Of a stretch of 64,000 bases of DNA, positions 62,834 to 64,000 are shown in pieces (the stretch's first letter is position 1; each line of letters opens with the position of its first letter). The notes beneath the pieces are model-generated. The model was not told the origin of the DNA and ran no database searches. It worked only from the letters and a program-made list of their open reading frames with translations. A program made the translations under genes and the position numbers. Source of the DNA: Alphaproteobacteria bacterium (GTDB taxonomy: Bacteria; Pseudomonadota; Alphaproteobacteria; UBA8317); assembly GCA_038131935.1 (NCBI GenBank), contig JAYPQH010000032.1:128001-192000 (forward strand), given 5' to 3'.

Positions 62834-64000
62834 ATGAACAAAAACCTTGACTTTTTGGGTGCTGGTGACCCTGGAGCGCTGGATTTTCTGCTTCAACATC
62901 TCAATGGCAATACATCTCAAAAAGATTGGGATATATGGTTCGCACAATTCAGCTGGCTATATGCGGATATCAATCCACTCAAAAACCTAAACCGTTGCCA
63001 GAATTTGTTTCATCTGATCCCGATGCGAAGGGACATATAGAGCATTTTTGTGGTACAATTGGATGGGAAGTAGGCCATATTTTAAATGAAGAGAAACGCC
63101 ATTGGCTGCTTGACGCTGCCAAAACACAAAAGCAGTCATCTGTATTTACTGTAGCCGAAGCATTTGAACTTTTGTGTAAAGCAGAAGCATTTGAGGCGAT
63201 TACGAAAAAAAGGTTACCAACCATCAAGACCTTCTCTATGGAAGGAGGCGAAGGATTTCTCGTTGCCGTTGAATCGGTGATTAAGCATGCCCAAGAAATC
63301 AATATTGTTCTTGGGGGTATGCATCGCGGCAGAATGACCCAAAATGCATTATTATTTGGGGCCAGCCCAGAAGATATGATTGGCCAAATTCAAGGCAAAC
63401 CAGACCTGCCTTTTGACCTTGGAGCCTCCTCAGATGTGCCTTATCATTTGGGGGTTGCTGGCAAGCGCTCCGATGACAAGGTTATTTGGCTTTCCCCCCA
63501 CCCTTCGCATTTGTCCGTTGTTGCACCTGTTGCTATGGGTTATGCGCGCGGCCAAGAAGAACAATGCTTAAGCATTATGTTGCATACAGATGCTGCGTTT
63601 GCAGGCCAAGGAGTTAACATGGAGTTGCTCCAATTATCAGGCCTAGACGGTTATCACGTTGGTGGAAGTATCCATTTGATTTTAAATAATCAAATTGGCT
63701 TTACAACATTAGAAGAACAAGCTCGAACAGCAAGAAATAGCAGTGACATAGCTCGTATGCTCGACATACCTATATTACATGTTCATGGGGATGATATTGT
63801 AAGTCTCATAAAAGCCGGTTTTATTGCGGTAGAATACAGACGACAATTTGCCACGGATGTTGTCATTGAAGTACTGTGCACAAGGCGGCGCGGTCATAAC
63901 GAGATTGATGACCCAAGCTATACAGCGCCTATTATGCAACAGCAAATTGATGCACGCCCTCCCATCACAACCATCACCCAGCGAAAATATCAACTGACAC
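62834..64000 (+). CDS. Divergent 2-oxoglutarate dehydrogenase E1 (SucA)-like ThDP enzyme; frameshift near 62983; runs off window
   Basis: Not in ORF track; manual translation gives FCGTIGWE, KTFSMEGGEG, GGMHRGR, SDVPYHLG, PHPSHL, HTDAAFAGQG, NNQIGFTT, RRRGHNEIDDP. Confidence 0.88.

Noticed and set aside
1631-64000. Split genes as pseudogenes, programmed frameshifts or phase variation
   Set aside because: Runs are short, there is no shared slippery motif, and housekeeping and accessory genes are affected alike with otherwise intact frames; this fits sequencing error.
1-64000. CRISPR arrays, tRNA/rRNA, transposases, phage or defence genes
   Set aside because: None seen by eye; intergenic gaps are short and non-repetitive. 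A covariance-model scan was not possible.

Overview
Gene-dense chromosomal segment. Gene order and content (pdxJ-lepB-rnc-era, DUF1491, alpha-type C-P lyase cluster) point to an alphaproteobacterium, probably marine; this taxonomy is inference. I saw no CRISPR array, tRNA/rRNA gene, prophage or transposase. Main blocks: housekeeping genes (1-8 kb); a sulfur/tRNA-modification block with a CoA-binding::O-acetylhomoserine sulfhydrylase fusion; a phosphonate uptake and C-P lyase locus (14.8-29 kb); polyamine genes (speD-speE, ornithine decarboxylase); an uncharacterised IclR-linked acyl-CoA catabolic cluster with a TAXI-TRAP transporter (40-56 kb); and a nadX / orphan CoA-transferase / GGT operon divergent from a TTT transporter and a strongly divergent SucA-like gene. 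I found 18 single-base frameshifts in 17 genes, nearly all in homopolymers, most likely long-read assembly errors. Best leads: (1) all three unrelated periplasmic solute-binding proteins are predicted to mature to an N-terminal Gly-Gly-His, the canonical ATCUN Cu/Ni-binding motif; (2) an Arg-containing uORF with an SD-occluding hairpin and two simultaneously open frames in the ornithine decarboxylase leader; (3) a SucA paralogue with altered active-site motifs.
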